DNA of 64,000 nucleotides from the human T2T-CHM13v2.0 reference genome, Homo sapiens. Below the pieces are notes generated by a model that saw only the letters and a list, made by a program, of their open reading frames with translations, was not told the DNA's origin and made no database searches. Position numbers and translations under genes: made by a program. This document shows positions 61,886 to 64,000 of this stretch, piece after piece (the stretch's first letter is position 1; every line of letters begins with the position of its first letter). Where the stretch lies: the NCBI RefSeq assembly GCF_009914755.1, contig NC_060930.1; one strand, given 5' to 3'.

Positions 61886-62059
61886 ATACAAGATATGAGT
61901 GGCTGGTATCTGACTGACCTTCCTGGCCGCATTCGAGTGGCTCCCCAGCAGGACGACTTGGACTCACCTCAGCAGATCAGCATCAGTAACGCGGAGGCCC
62001 GGCAAGCCCTGCCGCACAGCTACTACTGGAGCGCGCCGGCTCCCTATCTGGGAAACAAA
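61886..62059 (+). CDS. LAMA2: LAMA2 exon (probably 12), start of domain IV/L4a; IQDMSGWYLTDLPGRIRVAPQQDDLDSPQQISISNAEARQALPHSYYWSAPAPYLGNK
   Basis: ctctaag|ATACAA...AACAAA|gtaagt; 174 bp, phase 0-0; laminin IV YWxAPxxYLGNK motif. Confidence 0.96.
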
Positions 62060-64000
62060 GTAAGTCCACGCTTGCTTCCCGCTATTCTGCTTTAACTGAC
62101 TGATCGTGAGAATGGGTTTTAGTTGGTAATTCTTTTAAAGAAAGACAAAATCAAATACACACTGAATTGGATTGCCAGAACCAGCTAAATCACATTGAGT
62201 TGGGCGTTTCTTCCATGTTGCACAAGACCTTAAAGAGCCACGGCATCCTTAATATGCAACTTTGTATAGCTGATGTTCTATGTAAACTTTTTGAATGGGC
62301 AAATAAATTAATGAAGCCGCTAGTGTATTTTCGTAAAGCAAATTATAGGTATTGGAAGAAACTGTGTTGTGTTTATGTGAAAAGAGCTGTTTTCTGGAGT
62401 TGTCTGTGGTGGGATACTTACTAAAGTTTTTCTCATCGGTTTCTATTTCATTTCAAAACTGATACTCAGGAGATTTACTTTTCCTTCTACCTGATATGAA
62501 TGTTAATTGGAAAAGAAATGTATTACATAACTAATTAAATGCTTGCCATGAGGCTTATGTAAACAACATATTTGCTGGAGCTCAGGCAGAAACTACCCTA
62601 AAAGTGCCAGATTGGAAGCACGTTTGTTTTAAAGCCCACACATATGTAAAAACATACACAGATAAACAAATGTAGCAGCCTCAGAAATACAGGCTTATTT
62701 TTTTCTGTTGTGGATTACTTCTATCTAGATAGATATCCTGGGGTTTAGAATTTTATTTTATCTTGCCTAATACTTTGTTGGAAACAAAATTTGGTGACTT
62801 ATTTATAAACGTGAATACTTGCTTGTTCTGTGAAAGTTAATACCTTCTCAGCTGATAGTTAAAATACCTGATCACACCAGAAGGTGTGATGGGAAAATCC
62901 CTTCCTAAATTAATGTTGTTTAAGCCTAGTTTACACCTAACAAAATATAGCATTATTTATGAAGAAATCATAATTGATTAAGCAAATAAAAGTATGTTTA
63001 TAGTCAGTGGTTTTCTTGCATGACATGTGAGTATTGAAATAGAAAAACTTAGTATCTCATATGCTACTCAGTGAATGGGAACTGGTGGTGTTGGCTGGTT
63101 GAAACACTTTTAACTTATGGCCAGTTTCTTATATTTAACAGAACTCTGAATGCTATTACAAAAAATGTGTAAATGTCTAAAAGACATTTTCAATGAACAT
63201 GTATTTTAAGAGACAGAGTATGTTGCATAAAATTCAATAGCTGTAAAATAAAAATCGAATTAAACTTTTATTTGCAAGGCCCTTTACAGCAAGAAGTCAT
63301 TTTATCCTATTCTATTTAGGAAACTCTGGTATTCCCAAAAGAACAAAACAGCACATAAGACTTGAATTTCTACTGCTTAAAATTGCCAAAAAAATATAAA
63401 AATATACTGTCAATTTAAAAAAAAAACAACTGAGAGCTCCAAGAAGAGCCTTAGGTCAAAATTGGATGAATTTCAGAGGCCTTATTTCTTATATGATGGC
63501 AACACTTAATTAAAGTAGCTTATAATAGAAATATTCTTTACCAGATTTTCCATCCTTTCTTCTTTGGTCATATGCATTTTTTTTTCTGTTGGCTGACAAT
63601 CAAACTGACAGAAGGAAAGCAAGCAAATGGAATATTCGGTAGAATCAGAACAAAGAATTTGGACATCCCATTAGTAGTTGTTGGTTCCCGAAGATAACTT
63701 CCCTTATCCTGGCTGAAATATTTTTCTTATAACCCACAGTGAAGCTCTTCATATTCCCCTACCGATCATTTTCACATCAAAACACTGTTCTTGCCTGTAC
63801 TGCCGTTTCCATTCAGTGAACAAAATAACATTAACAGGGTGTGCAAATTGTTTGAATACGGAGGACATTTTTAATGTAACGTGGAAGCCCTTGGTGGTTT
63901 ACTGTCAGGCATCTCAGTATGAATGAAACAATTTGCCTTAATAACTGAACCATGTAAATTTTTGATACTACAATAATACTGCAAGCTCTCAGAAATTACC

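Overview
Primate (by my recognition, human) AT-rich genomic DNA from inside the laminin alpha-2 gene, LAMA2, on the + strand. Eight coding exons with canonical AG/GT boundaries (180, 90, 118, 179, 100, 161, 141 and 174 bp) splice into one uninterrupted 381-codon frame. It covers the end of the LN domain, the Cys-rich LE/EGF repeats and the start of domain IV/L4a. The exon numbers 5-12 are from memory. The introns hold a ~3 kb antisense processed pseudogene of BMPR1A with poly(A) tail and target-site duplication (TSD), and a full-length but inactivated ~6.0 kb L1PA2/L1PA3-type LINE-1. They also hold Alus, solo LTRs, Tigger/hAT/mariner fossils, old L1/L2/MIR pieces and several diverged local duplications. 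I found no convincing new multi-gene system. Best leads: (1) a 1-bp deletion in the BMPR1A retrocopy creates a new ATG that opens an intact 395-aa transmembrane + GS + kinase ORF lacking the ectodomain; (2) the retrocopy appears to preserve an alternative BMPR1A first exon and poly(A) site; (3) the L1 antisense promoter/ORF0 donor is in phase with the next LAMA2 exon; (4) a twin-primed inverted L1 carries unexplained filler DNA. Repeat subfamily names and comparisons with parent BMPR1A or L1 consensus sequences are from memory, not from searches.
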